Positions 28,310 through 37,092 of a stretch of 59,162 bases of DNA are shown here, in pieces. Made by a program: the position numbers and the translations under genes. Within the stretch, counting starts at the first letter, position 1, and every line of letters starts with the position of its first letter. The notes beneath the pieces are model-generated. The model worked only from the letters and a program-made list of their open reading frames with translations. It was not told the DNA's origin and searched no databases. The stretch comes from an uncultured Candidatus Saccharibacteria bacterium (lineage in GTDB: Bacteria > Patescibacteriota > Minisyncoccia > Phycocordibacterales > CAIJYI01): assembly GCA_964410165.1 (NCBI GenBank), contig CAYPFT010000003.1, positions 1 through 59,162 on the forward strand, written 5' to 3'.

Positions 28310-29701
28310 TTACATGTGTTCTTTTTTCACTTTTTCCAATAAATCTTTCAGTGCCGGACTAACGGAAGGCTTATACTCGTGCGTTTTATCAACCTGCAAA
28401 AACTCTTCCGGGAGAAGCGCCACCTGCTCGGCTGTGTACTCTCGTATTTCGTTCAAACCTTTCCGTTCATAAACCAGTTTTCCGTTTCGGAAAATTTCTA
28501 TCAATTGCGGTTCGCCAAGATTTTCATCCTCAAGCCCTATCACATCGCTTACAAATTTCCCGTTCTTGATAGTTCGAAATACTTGCTTCTTCCCCGGGTA
28601 ACTTTCTTTTCCGGGAGAAAACTTTGCGCATTGCTTCACGTTTCCGTTTGAACAAATTTCAGCAAGTTTGTAAACCGTTTCAAGTTTCGGAGAATCAGTG
28701 AGATTGATAACTTCCGTAGTGACGAGAAAGTTATCTGCCGCAATGCCTCTTGTCATATAATCTTTGATCTTGTATTCATCAAGATTACTTGCGATAGTGA
28801 TTTTCACTTCCGAAAGCCCCGCCGTATCAAGCATCTTTCTCGCCGTAGCCGAGCGTTCAAAGAGATCTCCGCTGTCTATGATGATATTCGGGAGGCCTTT
28901 CTTTTTTTGTTTCAGTTCGTTTGTGACAGTGATGGCGTTCTTCATGCCCTGTTCAAAATCATACGTGTCCACCATGAGATTGATCATCCCTTCAAACAAA
29001 GTGGACATGGTTCTCATTGCGTCGATCTCGCTCGGGAAAGATTTGATCACTGCGTGATACGCATTGGTGAGAGCGTGGACGACGGGCAATCCGAATTTTC
29101 GCGAAAAAGCAGGGATAGAATCAGATCCAACCAATCCGGCAATATAGGCGGCGCGGCTTCCCTTCATGGCCGTTTCAAAACTCGTCGCGCGGATACCGGC
29201 TAGACCGATGCACTTTTTCGGCCGAGCGGCAATGACACACCGAATCGCTTTTGAGAGAAAAGCGGTATTCCCGGTAAGCGCGTTCATAAAAAACATAGTA
29301 AAGAGATTCGACTCAATTATCGGAGCCGTTATCCGCACGACTGGACCGCTGCCAGGGAAAAAGACGCTTCCTTCGGAGAGGGCAGAGAGAGAACCGGTAA
29401 AGCGGAAAGTTCTCAAGTACTCGGCAAAGTTTGCGGTAATGGCTTTCGCCTCAAGAAGCGTTTGAACTTGATCTTCCGTGTACTTCCAATCAAGAAGCCC
29501 GCCAATAATTTCATCAAGTCCGCCGAAAAGAAGAAAATTTCTGTTTGGCGGAGCGTCCCTCACCATGAGATCAAACGTGGCGATATCGTCTTTCATTCCG
29601 CTCTCATACCACGCCGCAGATGCCGCAAAAATCTGCGGAAGCTCGTAGAGATTAAGATCCTCTTCAGTGAAAAGATACGATTCCGGAAAGTTGTTATTCA
29701 T
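28310..29701 (-). CDS. Nicotinate phosphoribosyltransferase family protein (copy 2)
   Basis: 463 aa, long archaeal/CPR-type NAPRT architecture. Conserved C-terminal KxSPGKESYPGKKQVFR block. Paralogous to the adjacent gene. Confidence 0.8.
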   Translation of the reverse strand: MNNNFPESYLFTEEDLNLYELPQIFAASAAWYESGMKDDIATFDLMVRDAPPNRNFLLFGGLDEIIGGLLDWKYTEDQVQTLLEAKAITANFAEYLRTFRFTGSLSALSEGSVFFPGSGPVVRITAPIIESNLFTMFFMNALTGNTAFLSKAIRCVIAARPKKCIGLAGIRATSFETAMKGSRAAYIAGLVGSDSIPAFSRKFGLPVVHALTNAYHAVIKSFPSEIDAMRTMSTLFEGMINLMVDTYDFEQGMKNAITVTNELKQKKKGLPNIIIDSGDLFERSATARKMLDTAGLSEVKITIASNLDEYKIKDYMTRGIAADNFLVTTEVINLTDSPKLETVYKLAEICSNGNVKQCAKFSPGKESYPGKKQVFRTIKNGKFVSDVIGLEDENLGEPQLIEIFRNGKLVYERKGLNEIREYTAEQVALLPEEFLQVDKTHEYKPSVSPALKDLLEKVKKEHM

Positions 29702-29734
29702 GGTTTTATGGTTTTTATGTTTCTAAATAATTTT

Positions 29735-31162
29735 TTACTCTTTCGCCAGTATTTCACCCCCATGCTTCTTCTTCACTTCCGCGAGCATCTTCCTCAAGCC
29801 CTTGCTGATTGAAACGGGATATATCTTTTGCTTATTCACATCTTTGTACGCATGCGGAAGTTTCGCCAGCTCTTCGTGAAGATACTTCTTCGTTTCTCCC
29901 AGCGTCGGGAGCGGTTTTACCAACTTTCCATTCTCAATAAATTTCTGAAGTAGCGGCTCGCCGAGATTTTCATCTTCAAGCCCAATAATGTCGCCGACCA
30001 TCTTTCCTTTCTTGTCATAAGTACGAAATACCTGTTTTCTGCCCGGGTAACTTTCTTTGCCTTTGGCAAGCTTCGCTTTCTGTTCAACCGTGCCGTCTGT
30101 GCGCCGAAGTTCTGCCATTTTGTAAATGATCTCAAGCTTCGGCGCATCGGAAGTATTCACAAATTCTGTAACCGCTACAAAGAGACTCACGGGAATTTTC
30201 TTTGACATATAACGAGAGATCGAATACTCATCAAGATTGCTGGCTATAACTATCCCTACATCTTGCATCTTTGCTTTGTCGAGCGTCTTTCGCGCATATA
30301 CGGCGCGCTTGTACAAATCTCCGCTGTCAATAGTGACGATCACGCGCCGCCAATCATTTTTCCCGATATGTGAAAGCTCTCTTATAAAGAGAGAAAGCCC
30401 ATGTTCAAAATGATAGGTATCAACCATGACATTCATGCTGGCGGCTCCGGGAAGAAGCTCTTTAAGCGCGTATTGAAACGCTTCTTTTTCAGACGGAAAC
30501 GACTTGATAACCGCGTGATTAACGTTGACGGTAAATTTTGACGGGGGCGGAAACTCCGGAAATTTTCTCGTAAATATCGGCGCCACATGCGGAAAAGCAT
30601 CAAAGAAAAACGCCGTTTTAGAAGCAAAGATACTTTGTTCAAACCCGGGAATGCGGGTCACGGCGAGCATAAGCATTTTGTCTTTCGCCGCTTCTTTAAG
30701 CCGTGCGCCTTTTGTCAGTACGCGGATGGGATAGCTGAAAGAATTAAGGAGAAAAGCGGTAAGGATATTCGCTTCCAAGAGCGGCGCCGTGATGCGAACG
30801 ATGGGTTCGCCGGGGAAAAATAGCGTGCCATCGCGAAGAGCACGGACATCGCCGGTGAAAGAAAAACTCTTGTAAAAATTCTTGAGTTCAGGAGAATTCA
30901 AAAACCCCATCTTCTCTAAAAGCGCCAGGGCATCGTCGTCGAAACGGTATGCCTCAAGAATTGCCAAGAATCGATCAATCCCATGCATGATGAAGTAATT
31001 CCACCTTGGAGGCAGGTCGCGCACAACAAGGTCGAAAGTCGCTATTGCATTGCCGAGGCCACGCTTCATAAAAGCCATGTTGGCCACAAAGATATTTGTG
31101 TATTCCATCAGCGGAATATCCGATACATCTACTTGATAGCATTTGAGAGTTTTATCGTCCAT
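29735..31162 (-). CDS. Nicotinate phosphoribosyltransferase family protein (copy 1)
   Basis: 475 aa, collinear with 28310-29701 (FDLVVRD, VIKSFPSE, MVDTYxFEXG, IDSGDL, KGKESYPGRKQVFR). Confidence 0.75.
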   Translation of the reverse strand: MDDKTLKCYQVDVSDIPLMEYTNIFVANMAFMKRGLGNAIATFDLVVRDLPPRWNYFIMHGIDRFLAILEAYRFDDDALALLEKMGFLNSPELKNFYKSFSFTGDVRALRDGTLFFPGEPIVRITAPLLEANILTAFLLNSFSYPIRVLTKGARLKEAAKDKMLMLAVTRIPGFEQSIFASKTAFFFDAFPHVAPIFTRKFPEFPPPSKFTVNVNHAVIKSFPSEKEAFQYALKELLPGAASMNVMVDTYHFEHGLSLFIRELSHIGKNDWRRVIVTIDSGDLYKRAVYARKTLDKAKMQDVGIVIASNLDEYSISRYMSKKIPVSLFVAVTEFVNTSDAPKLEIIYKMAELRRTDGTVEQKAKLAKGKESYPGRKQVFRTYDKKGKMVGDIIGLEDENLGEPLLQKFIENGKLVKPLPTLGETKKYLHEELAKLPHAYKDVNKQKIYPVSISKGLRKMLAEVKKKHGGEILAKE

Positions 31163-31394
31163 GAAATTATTATTACATTTTCATTATTCAAGTTTGGATT
31201 GAAAAATACTTCCCTAGCTTGCTACAATGATAGTGAAAATTCCGCAAACAAGCAATGATAAAGGAAGTTCCTTAACCTTTTCCGCGCAGGGATGGAAGCG
31301 GCAAGGAATAGATTTTGAAGTCCACCGAAGAAATTGGTAGTCCAAGCGAGCAATGGCGGTGTTTGCTCAGTGGCTTCGAAAACTAACCGGGAGT

Positions 31395-32015
31395 TTAGTT
31401 TGCCAAATACTCAATGGCTTTGCCTTTCTTTCCGTTGGTTTTAATCTTTTGCTCTTTTATCAGCTGTAAAAGATACCGCTCTGCCGTTTTATCCGAAACA
31501 TGTAAAAGTTTTTCCACTTCGTCATTTGTGATTTTTCCTTTCTTGGTAATTTCTACCAAAATCCGATCAAGTTTCTTTCGTTTCCGAAATTGCAATTTCT
31601 CCCTTGCTTGCGCGAGGAGAGAAAGAGCAAAGCTTTTTTTATTCTCCTCTGGAGAAACGACAACCGCCACGGGCGGAACGATCACTCCGCCAGCTGGCGG
31701 ATGCGTATTTTCACCGCTTCGCGGTTCAGGCGTTACCGCCTGTGAACTTGGCGCAGTCGCGCTTTCAACCGTTTCGGTTTGCGCCGAAATCGGTTCGGAG
31801 GCACCTCCCTCGCCCGTGGAAGCTTCCACCAAAGGAGGGAAGGCAATCGGGTCAATTACCCCTAATTGACCCGATTCGCTTGACGGCGGTTCGGCAATTT
31901 TCGGTTCATTTTGAGCCGTTTCCGGCACGCTTAGAGCAACCGAAACGGCTTCGCCGTTCGTCGTTCCGGCTTCGTCGGGTTTAGAATTTTCTGTTTCTGG
32001 TGACATAGGGAACAT
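31395..32015 (-). CDS. Hypothetical protein with a low-complexity N-terminus and a C-terminal winged-helix-like domain
   Basis: 206 aa. The C-terminus ILVEITKKGKITNDEVEKLLHVSDKTAERYLLQLIKEQKI looks like a wHTH. Confidence 0.5.
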   Translation of the reverse strand: MFPMSPETENSKPDEAGTTNGEAVSVALSVPETAQNEPKIAEPPSSESGQLGVIDPIAFPPLVEASTGEGGASEPISAQTETVESATAPSSQAVTPEPRSGENTHPPAGGVIVPPVAVVVSPEENKKSFALSLLAQAREKLQFRKRKKLDRILVEITKKGKITNDEVEKLLHVSDKTAERYLLQLIKEQKIKTNGKKGKAIEYLAN

Positions 32016-32088
32016 TTTCCTGTAAAATTTGGCCGGGCGCCGGCGAGCGATTTTTTGAGCCCTTGCTCAAAAAATTATCGCTCCGCCG

Positions 32089-32134
32089 TTCAAGCCCTCA
32101 CGAAAGCCAAGCAGTTGGCTTTCTTCCTCGGCAC
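32089..32134 (+). repeat. Inverted copy of the tRNA-Leu(UAG) 3' end, interrupted by a GCAG-loop hairpin (distal unit)
   Basis: TTCAAGCCCTC-ac-[gaaagccaaGCAGttggctttc]-t-TCCTCGGCAC. Followed by CTCGCTTTGCTC and a 24-nt direct copy of the tRNA-Leu 3' end plus 5 trailer nt (32156-32179). Confidence 0.7.
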
Positions 32135-32250
32135 AAAAATCTCGCTTTGCTCTATTTTTGTGCCGAGGAGAGGACTTGACCGTTACACGGTCAGTACCCG
32201 TTTCCCATTTTTTCGCCATCAAAGATGGCTCAAAAATATGGGGGAACGGC

Positions 32251-32296
32251 TTCAAGCCCTCTCTCGCAAGTGAAGCAGTTCACTTGCTCTCGACAC
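32251..32296 (+). repeat. Inverted copy of the tRNA-Leu(UAG) 3' end, interrupted by a GCAG-loop hairpin (proximal unit)
   Basis: TTCAAGCCCTCTCTCG-[caagtgaaGCAGttcacttg]-CTCTCGACAC. It faces the real tRNA-Leu 3' end 27 nt away. Confidence 0.7.
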
Positions 32297-32323
32297 CAAA
32301 AATACGCAGAGCGTATTATTTTG

Positions 32324-32405
32324 TGCCGAGGAGAGGACTTGAACCTCCATGGGTTGCCCCGTCTGCTCCTAAGGCAGGTGCGTCTACCAATTTCGCCACC
32401 TCGGC
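32324..32405 (-). tRNA. tRNA-Leu (anticodon TAG)
   Basis: GCCGAGGTGGCGAAATTGGTAGACGC..CTTAGGA..long variable arm..GGTTCAAGTCCTCTCCTCGGCA, 82 nt. No encoded CCA. Confidence 0.9.
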
Positions 32406-32518
32406 ATGAGCAACTTCACTACGGAATTTCTCCCTCGACTAAACTTTTCTACAGAAAAGTTTGTCTGGGCACCGCCTCACCCGTTTTGTCCGACCTCGGA
32501 CAAAACATGGCTCCGGCG

Positions 32519-32563
32519 TTCGAATCCTAACGGAAGCAAAGCAGTTTGCTTCCTCTGAGCGAC
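32519..32563 (+). repeat. Inverted copy of the tRNA-Lys 3' end, interrupted by a GCAG-loop hairpin (distal unit)
   Basis: TTCGAATCCTAac-[ggaagcaaaGCAGtttgcttcc]-tcTGAGCGAC. Followed by CTCGCTTTGCTC and a 15-nt direct copy of the tRNA-Lys 3' end (32581-32595). Confidence 0.7.
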
Positions 32564-32674
32564 CCTCCTCGCTTTGCTCAGTCCGCCCAGTAGGAATTTC
32601 TCTCCTTACAGGAGCAGTACACCTTTTCGACTTGTTCATCCGCCTTTGGCGGACTCACAAGTAACGAAAAGCTC

Positions 32675-32720
32675 TTCGAATCCTAACGGAAGCAAAGCAG
32701 TTTGCTTCCTCTGGGCGGAC
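32675..32720 (+). repeat. Inverted copy of the tRNA-Lys 3' end, interrupted by a GCAG-loop hairpin (proximal unit)
   Basis: TTCGAATCCTAac-[ggaagcaaaGCAGtttgcttcc]-tcTGGGCGGAC. The real tRNA-Lys 3' end (GTCCGCCCAGTAGGATTCGAA) starts 18 nt downstream. Confidence 0.75.
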
Positions 32721-32738
32721 ATTCCGCTTCGCTTCCTG

Positions 32739-32811
32739 TCCGCCCAGTAGGATTCGAACCTACGACCTTCTCGTTAAGAGCGAGCAGCTCTACCAACTGA
32801 GCTATGGGCGG
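32739..32811 (-). tRNA. tRNA-Lys (anticodon CTT)
   Basis: CCGCCCA/TGGGCGG acceptor (C1:G72), anticodon loop CTCTTAA, T-loop TTCGAAT, 73 nt. No encoded CCA. Confidence 0.85.
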
Positions 32812-33070
32812 CAGATAAAAAATTAAAATTGAAAAAGTTAAAACTTGTACTCCAAAATTAACTTTCTCTACTATACTGTATTTTCAGATATTTCTCAACT
32901 TGTCTTTATAACCTTTTTCATTTTTCACTTTCAGATTTTCATTTAACAAAGTGCGCTTGAAAGGATTGGATTGGAACAAGGTTTGGCAGGAACTCCGCTT
33001 TTGGCAGGGAGTTTTGCAGCCATCCTATCAAGCAATATAGTCATTTTATCAGAAATAGACACTTCTTTCT

Positions 33071-33739
33071 ATGACAGACCAAGACATACCAATACAGACC
33101 AGTAATACGAAGAAGTTTTCTTTTTACGAAAACTTTGACGGACATTACCACAAGATTGGCGAGATAAGAGAACTTATCCCGCAGTTTAAGGTTTTCTACT
33201 ATTCCGAGCGGCAAAATGACCCAGAACGAAGCGCTATCAAGATTATCAATGACTTCAACAGGAAAATCTCTCCGCTCACTTTCTTCCCTTGGGAGAAACA
33301 ATATCGCCTCTGGCGTAAAAAATGGGATGCAGACCTTCTCATAGAGCGGGGCTACAAACAGCAGCAACGTCAGATTATTAAGCTACGAGACGAGCAAAAC
33401 GGGCTTATCGTGCCAGATGAGCATTCCCTTGAGATTGGGACGCATACCCTCGCTGGGGAGCTTCTGAACGACGCTATGACCCTACTCAAAAGAGACCAGG
33501 AGGATGAAAGTTTCTATGATGAGGAAATCTTGGTTAAACGGAGAACCTATATCCTCAACGTCTTCAACTACGTTACAAGGGCTGTTCACGGCAAGGAAGC
33601 TCTTAAAATAAAATCTAACGCCGAAAAGCGCGAGACCTTCGGTTTTCTTACGGAACTCATCAATAGGTCAACCGCAGGCAAAATTACAAGCGATGAAATG
33701 GCATTGCTAAAACAATCAATAGGTCAGGACAAAAATTAG
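33071..33739 (+). CDS. Hypothetical protein (island cargo)
   Basis: 222-aa ORF, the only plus-strand gene in the left part of the island. No family recognised. Confidence 0.5.
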   Translation: MTDQDIPIQTSNTKKFSFYENFDGHYHKIGEIRELIPQFKVFYYSERQNDPERSAIKIINDFNRKISPLTFFPWEKQYRLWRKKWDADLLIERGYKQQQRQIIKLRDEQNGLIVPDEHSLEIGTHTLAGELLNDAMTLLKRDQEDESFYDEEILVKRRTYILNVFNYVTRAVHGKEALKIKSNAEKRETFGFLTELINRSTAGKITSDEMALLKQSIGQDKN

Positions 33740-33927
33740 CCCTGCTTTTGTTCGCCATCCTTCTTTTCAAGCTCATCAACCCATTCTTTCTTGATGGGTC
33801 TGTAAATAGCATCGAACATCGTTAGAAGATTTATACCTTCTTCGGCTGCCTTCTCGTCGGAGATGTCCTCGCCAAACTGCTCCTTCCAGATTTTTTTGAA
33901 CTCTTTTAGTGCTTTATTGGACAGCAT
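33736..33927 (-). CDS. Small hypothetical protein (last gene of the R-M operon)
   Basis: 63 aa starting at MLSNKALKEFKKIWKEQFG. Overlaps the upstream membrane-protein gene by 14 nt. Confidence 0.4.
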   Translation of the reverse strand: MLSNKALKEFKKIWKEQFGEDISDEKAAEEGINLLTMFDAIYRPIKKEWVDELEKKDGEQKQG

Positions 33928-34405
33928 AGTATTTTTTATAAACGATGTAGCCAATACCAAATACGATTAAAGATATGCCGAGCGGTGGGAATAGATACAA
34001 GATGAGATTAAAAATGTTGTAGAAAAAAGAGATGATGGTATTTAGCACATCTACAATGAACGGAATAATCACAAAATACATTCCGAGTATTAAGCCCCAC
34101 CATATCAAATCCTTCATTTCGTTATACTTTCTCCAGCCGCCGCGTGTGCCACGATAGAGAGAATAAAGAAACTTATAGAAACCCGTAGCAAACAAAAAAG
34201 CGCCGAGTGTTACATAAACCAACGCACTATAAAATAGTCGCGGTAATAATCCTGGCGCTTCTACGGGGTTTATAGATTGCCACTCAAAGCCCTTTTCCGT
34301 GAAGAAATGCCATAGCAACACAGCCAAAGCAAAAACGACGGCGAACGCCGCCGAAAATGTAACTTCTTTCCATTTTGTTTTCAAAACATTTCGATACCAG
34401 GTCAT
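33914..34405 (-). CDS. Multi-pass membrane protein (hypothetical)
   Basis: 163 aa with 4-5 hydrophobic helices. Starts 11 nt after the PHP-ATPase stop. Confidence 0.55.
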   Translation of the reverse strand: MTWYRNVLKTKWKEVTFSAAFAVVFALAVLLWHFFTEKGFEWQSINPVEAPGLLPRLFYSALVYVTLGAFLFATGFYKFLYSLYRGTRGGWRKYNEMKDLIWWGLILGMYFVIIPFIVDVLNTIISFFYNIFNLILYLFPPLGISLIVFGIGYIVYKKYYAVQ

Positions 34406-34416
34406 TATATTGACTA

Positions 34417-37086
34417 TTAAATGTGGAGCTTCTCACCACGTTTTTTGAACGCTTCTCTACCTCCCTCTAATTTCAACAACTCATCTCTGTTTTCTAAATC
34501 CTCGATGGTTGTTTCTATAAACTCTGTAATACCAGTTTCGTTTTTAAGTATGAAGATTTTTTCCGAATCTCCGTTCACTACGAAGTTAGCATTGTGAGTT
34601 GCAAAAATAATTTGTCTATTATTCTTTTTTCTCCTTATCAACGGGACAAGATAATTGGCAATAAGTGAGCCATCCAGATGAGCTTCTGGTTCGTCAATTA
34701 TCAGCGGATAATTACCAAACAAAAGCAGGACGACCATCACAGCTGTGCATTTTTGTCCAAAAGATGCGCGTTCTATATCCTTACCGTCATACAACACCTG
34801 GATGCGTTTATGTTTTGAAACATCATTGAGGTGTTTATCTCTTATGAACTGGAATACTTTGTAGTTAGATTCGTCCGCAAAAACATCCTTCAAGAACTTC
34901 ATATACCCAACTTTCTTTTCTTCTTTGGCAAGAAATGAAAGTATTTTTTCTTGGTTTTCTGCAAAGATTTCCTTGTTTTCAACAATGTATCCTTTCAACA
35001 GGTCGGTTCTTTCGCTATCGTGGTGTTCAGCGAAATAGGAATAAAAATCGCTGGCGATTTCTTTCCACGCTTGTTGCAGGTCGAAGAAGTAAGCCAAGCC
35101 AATATCCTTGATGTCTTCTTTGTCGTTTTCTTTTGCTTGTTCCTCTAATGTAGTTACAAGCGGCTTTATGGAGTCGCCAATAACTTTTTCGTATTCCAAT
35201 TTAACCCTTTTTGCTTCTTCGAGAATTGAATTATATTCACCCAGCTCTTTCTTTTTATCTTCGATTCTCTTTTTAATTTTAGACAACTCATCATTGACCT
35301 TAACGAGTTTTTGTGGAGCACTCTTAACCTGTAAGATGTTCTCATCCGAAAGTCCAGCTTTTTTTAGTAATTTTGAGAGTTCTTTTTCTTGAGTTTCGAT
35401 TTCTTTGGACAATCCTTCCTCTTTTTGAATTAGCGCCTTAAAGTTTTTTCTATCAAGAACCTCTCCTGCTTTTTCGATGTTTGCTTGAGCTTTGGAATAT
35501 GCCTCTTGATATTGTTTGGTTATATCGTCAGTGTCTGCCGTTGCTTGAGAATCTTCAGAGTTGTTATCGTTCGATGAATCCAAAACAAAGTGCTGCTCCT
35601 TGAGACCGCTTATTGACTCTCTTAACTCATCAACAGCGGTTCTCCAGCTCTCCAGTTGTTGTTTCTGATTACTTTTCTTTGTGATTATTCCTATGATGTC
35701 AGCGTATTCCTGGCTTTGTGTTACTTTAATGCTGTTTTCTAATGTTTTCTTTTCTTTCTCTTTGGCTTCCATCTCGGTGGCTGATTCCTTAATGGATTCA
35801 ATCACAAACTGAAAGGAAGCAATCTTTTTTAGAAGTTGGGAGAGCTTAAGCTCATCCTTCTCAAGCAAGCCATCGCTTAAAATGTTCGCTCGTTCGTAAA
35901 TTGCATCGGTAAATGCCTCTTTGTTGGTAGCGAAACTTTCAACTTCACTTTGCCCGATGAACTCAAATACCTCCACCCCATCAAATGTAAAAAAGTTTCT
36001 GTCCGCAGTGTTGAAAGATGGCTGGATTTTTTCCCAGAAAAAGTTTGAAGAACTGGGGTCTTTTGAGTGCTGACCTAAAAAATTAAGAACAGTGCTTTTA
36101 CCCGAACCTCTGCCTCCAATAAAACAATTTAGAAATGGACTTAAGAAAAATGTATCTTGTATGTTGGCAAAACAGAACGGCTCCTCCTTTTCAGTGCCAT
36201 CTTTCTGTTTGACGTTTATTTTTGCCCCCTTTGGTATCTTGAAAGTAATGCTGTCTATTGCGTTATTCGGTTTAATTGGCTCTTTCTCCTGTGTAGCAAC
36301 GCGCGATTGAGGGTCGTAAATAATTTGCTTAAGTCCTTCGTATGTTTTCTCGGACTTAATCCAAGTAAAGCCATCACCAACAACTGATGCCTGGTGAGCG
36401 TCAGAAGTTTTTATTAGGGCAAAGTGGTTTGGGTCGAAACTCCAACTTTTTATAATTTTTATTGTCTCACTTAAATCATCATCGGTTTTGTGGTCGAGAG
36501 CAAAATAATACTTTCCTCCAACCGCATTATCAAAGAACTTCTTTCGGTTCGCGCCCGTTGTTTTCTTAAACAGACCTTTGTTGCTTTGAGAATGCGCAAA
36601 GATTGGTAAGCCAATATCTTCCTTGTAAATCTTGTCCAGGATTTCGTGAATGTCGCCATTTATTGATTCCGCTTGTCCATTAGCATTAAAAACAGGTGAT
36701 GATAGATGACATATGTTATTCAAAAAATGTTCAATAGTTTCTTTCCAGGTCTGCTTGCCAATTTTTTCCTTATACAAGGGGTTGAAAACTACGAGTATTT
36801 GATAACCCGTATTTACATCTATCTCCACGCCAGCCAAAACCGTAATATCGAGCTTTTCTCCTTCGACAATCTCTAATGCCCTATCAATGGCAACTCCACA
36901 GTTATGGTCAGTTATAGCAACAACCGATATACCCTTCTCAATCGCTTTTTTTAGATAATCCCGTGTAGCATTAGTGATTTCGGCGGTCTTATTTGCCAAA
37001 TCTGAAAACCACTCATCCTTAATTGGCTGAATTTGCAAATCCCACTTTCTCCATTCTGAACCCCTGTTTTGTGATGTTTGACTCAT
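34417..37086 (-). CDS. PHP-domain phosphoesterase fused to an SMC/Rad50/SbcC-like ABC ATPase with a coiled-coil insert
   Basis: N-terminal PHP motifs (VVAITDHNCG, LAGVEIDV, FAHSQS, IKTSDAHQ). Walker A FIGGRGSGKSTVLNFLG. A ~300-aa Lys/Glu-rich coiled coil. Walker B PLIIDEPEAHLD, then IFATHNANF. Confidence 0.75.
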   Translation of the reverse strand: MSQTSQNRGSEWRKWDLQIQPIKDEWFSDLANKTAEITNATRDYLKKAIEKGISVVAITDHNCGVAIDRALEIVEGEKLDITVLAGVEIDVNTGYQILVVFNPLYKEKIGKQTWKETIEHFLNNICHLSSPVFNANGQAESINGDIHEILDKIYKEDIGLPIFAHSQSNKGLFKKTTGANRKKFFDNAVGGKYYFALDHKTDDDLSETIKIIKSWSFDPNHFALIKTSDAHQASVVGDGFTWIKSEKTYEGLKQIIYDPQSRVATQEKEPIKPNNAIDSITFKIPKGAKINVKQKDGTEKEEPFCFANIQDTFFLSPFLNCFIGGRGSGKSTVLNFLGQHSKDPSSSNFFWEKIQPSFNTADRNFFTFDGVEVFEFIGQSEVESFATNKEAFTDAIYERANILSDGLLEKDELKLSQLLKKIASFQFVIESIKESATEMEAKEKEKKTLENSIKVTQSQEYADIIGIITKKSNQKQQLESWRTAVDELRESISGLKEQHFVLDSSNDNNSEDSQATADTDDITKQYQEAYSKAQANIEKAGEVLDRKNFKALIQKEEGLSKEIETQEKELSKLLKKAGLSDENILQVKSAPQKLVKVNDELSKIKKRIEDKKKELGEYNSILEEAKRVKLEYEKVIGDSIKPLVTTLEEQAKENDKEDIKDIGLAYFFDLQQAWKEIASDFYSYFAEHHDSERTDLLKGYIVENKEIFAENQEKILSFLAKEEKKVGYMKFLKDVFADESNYKVFQFIRDKHLNDVSKHKRIQVLYDGKDIERASFGQKCTAVMVVLLLFGNYPLIIDEPEAHLDGSLIANYLVPLIRRKKNNRQIIFATHNANFVVNGDSEKIFILKNETGITEFIETTIEDLENRDELLKLEGGREAFKKRGEKLHI

Positions 37087-37092
37087 ATCATT

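Noticed and set aside
31163-31394. 232-nt leader upstream of the NAPRT pair, considered as a possible NAD-related riboswitch. It contains a GAAATTGGTAG tRNA-D-arm-like string.
   Set aside because: I could not match it to any riboswitch consensus I know or derive a convincing fold. It may simply hold the promoter. Worth an Rfam scan, but not reportable from sequence alone.
32998-33013. Possible att core: cttttggcagggagtt (32998-33013) resembles cttttgcagggcgtt (46918-46932) near the two island ends.
   Set aside because: Only about 13 of 15 positions match, with an indel. The right copy lies inside the recombinase coding region. This is too short to distinguish from chance.
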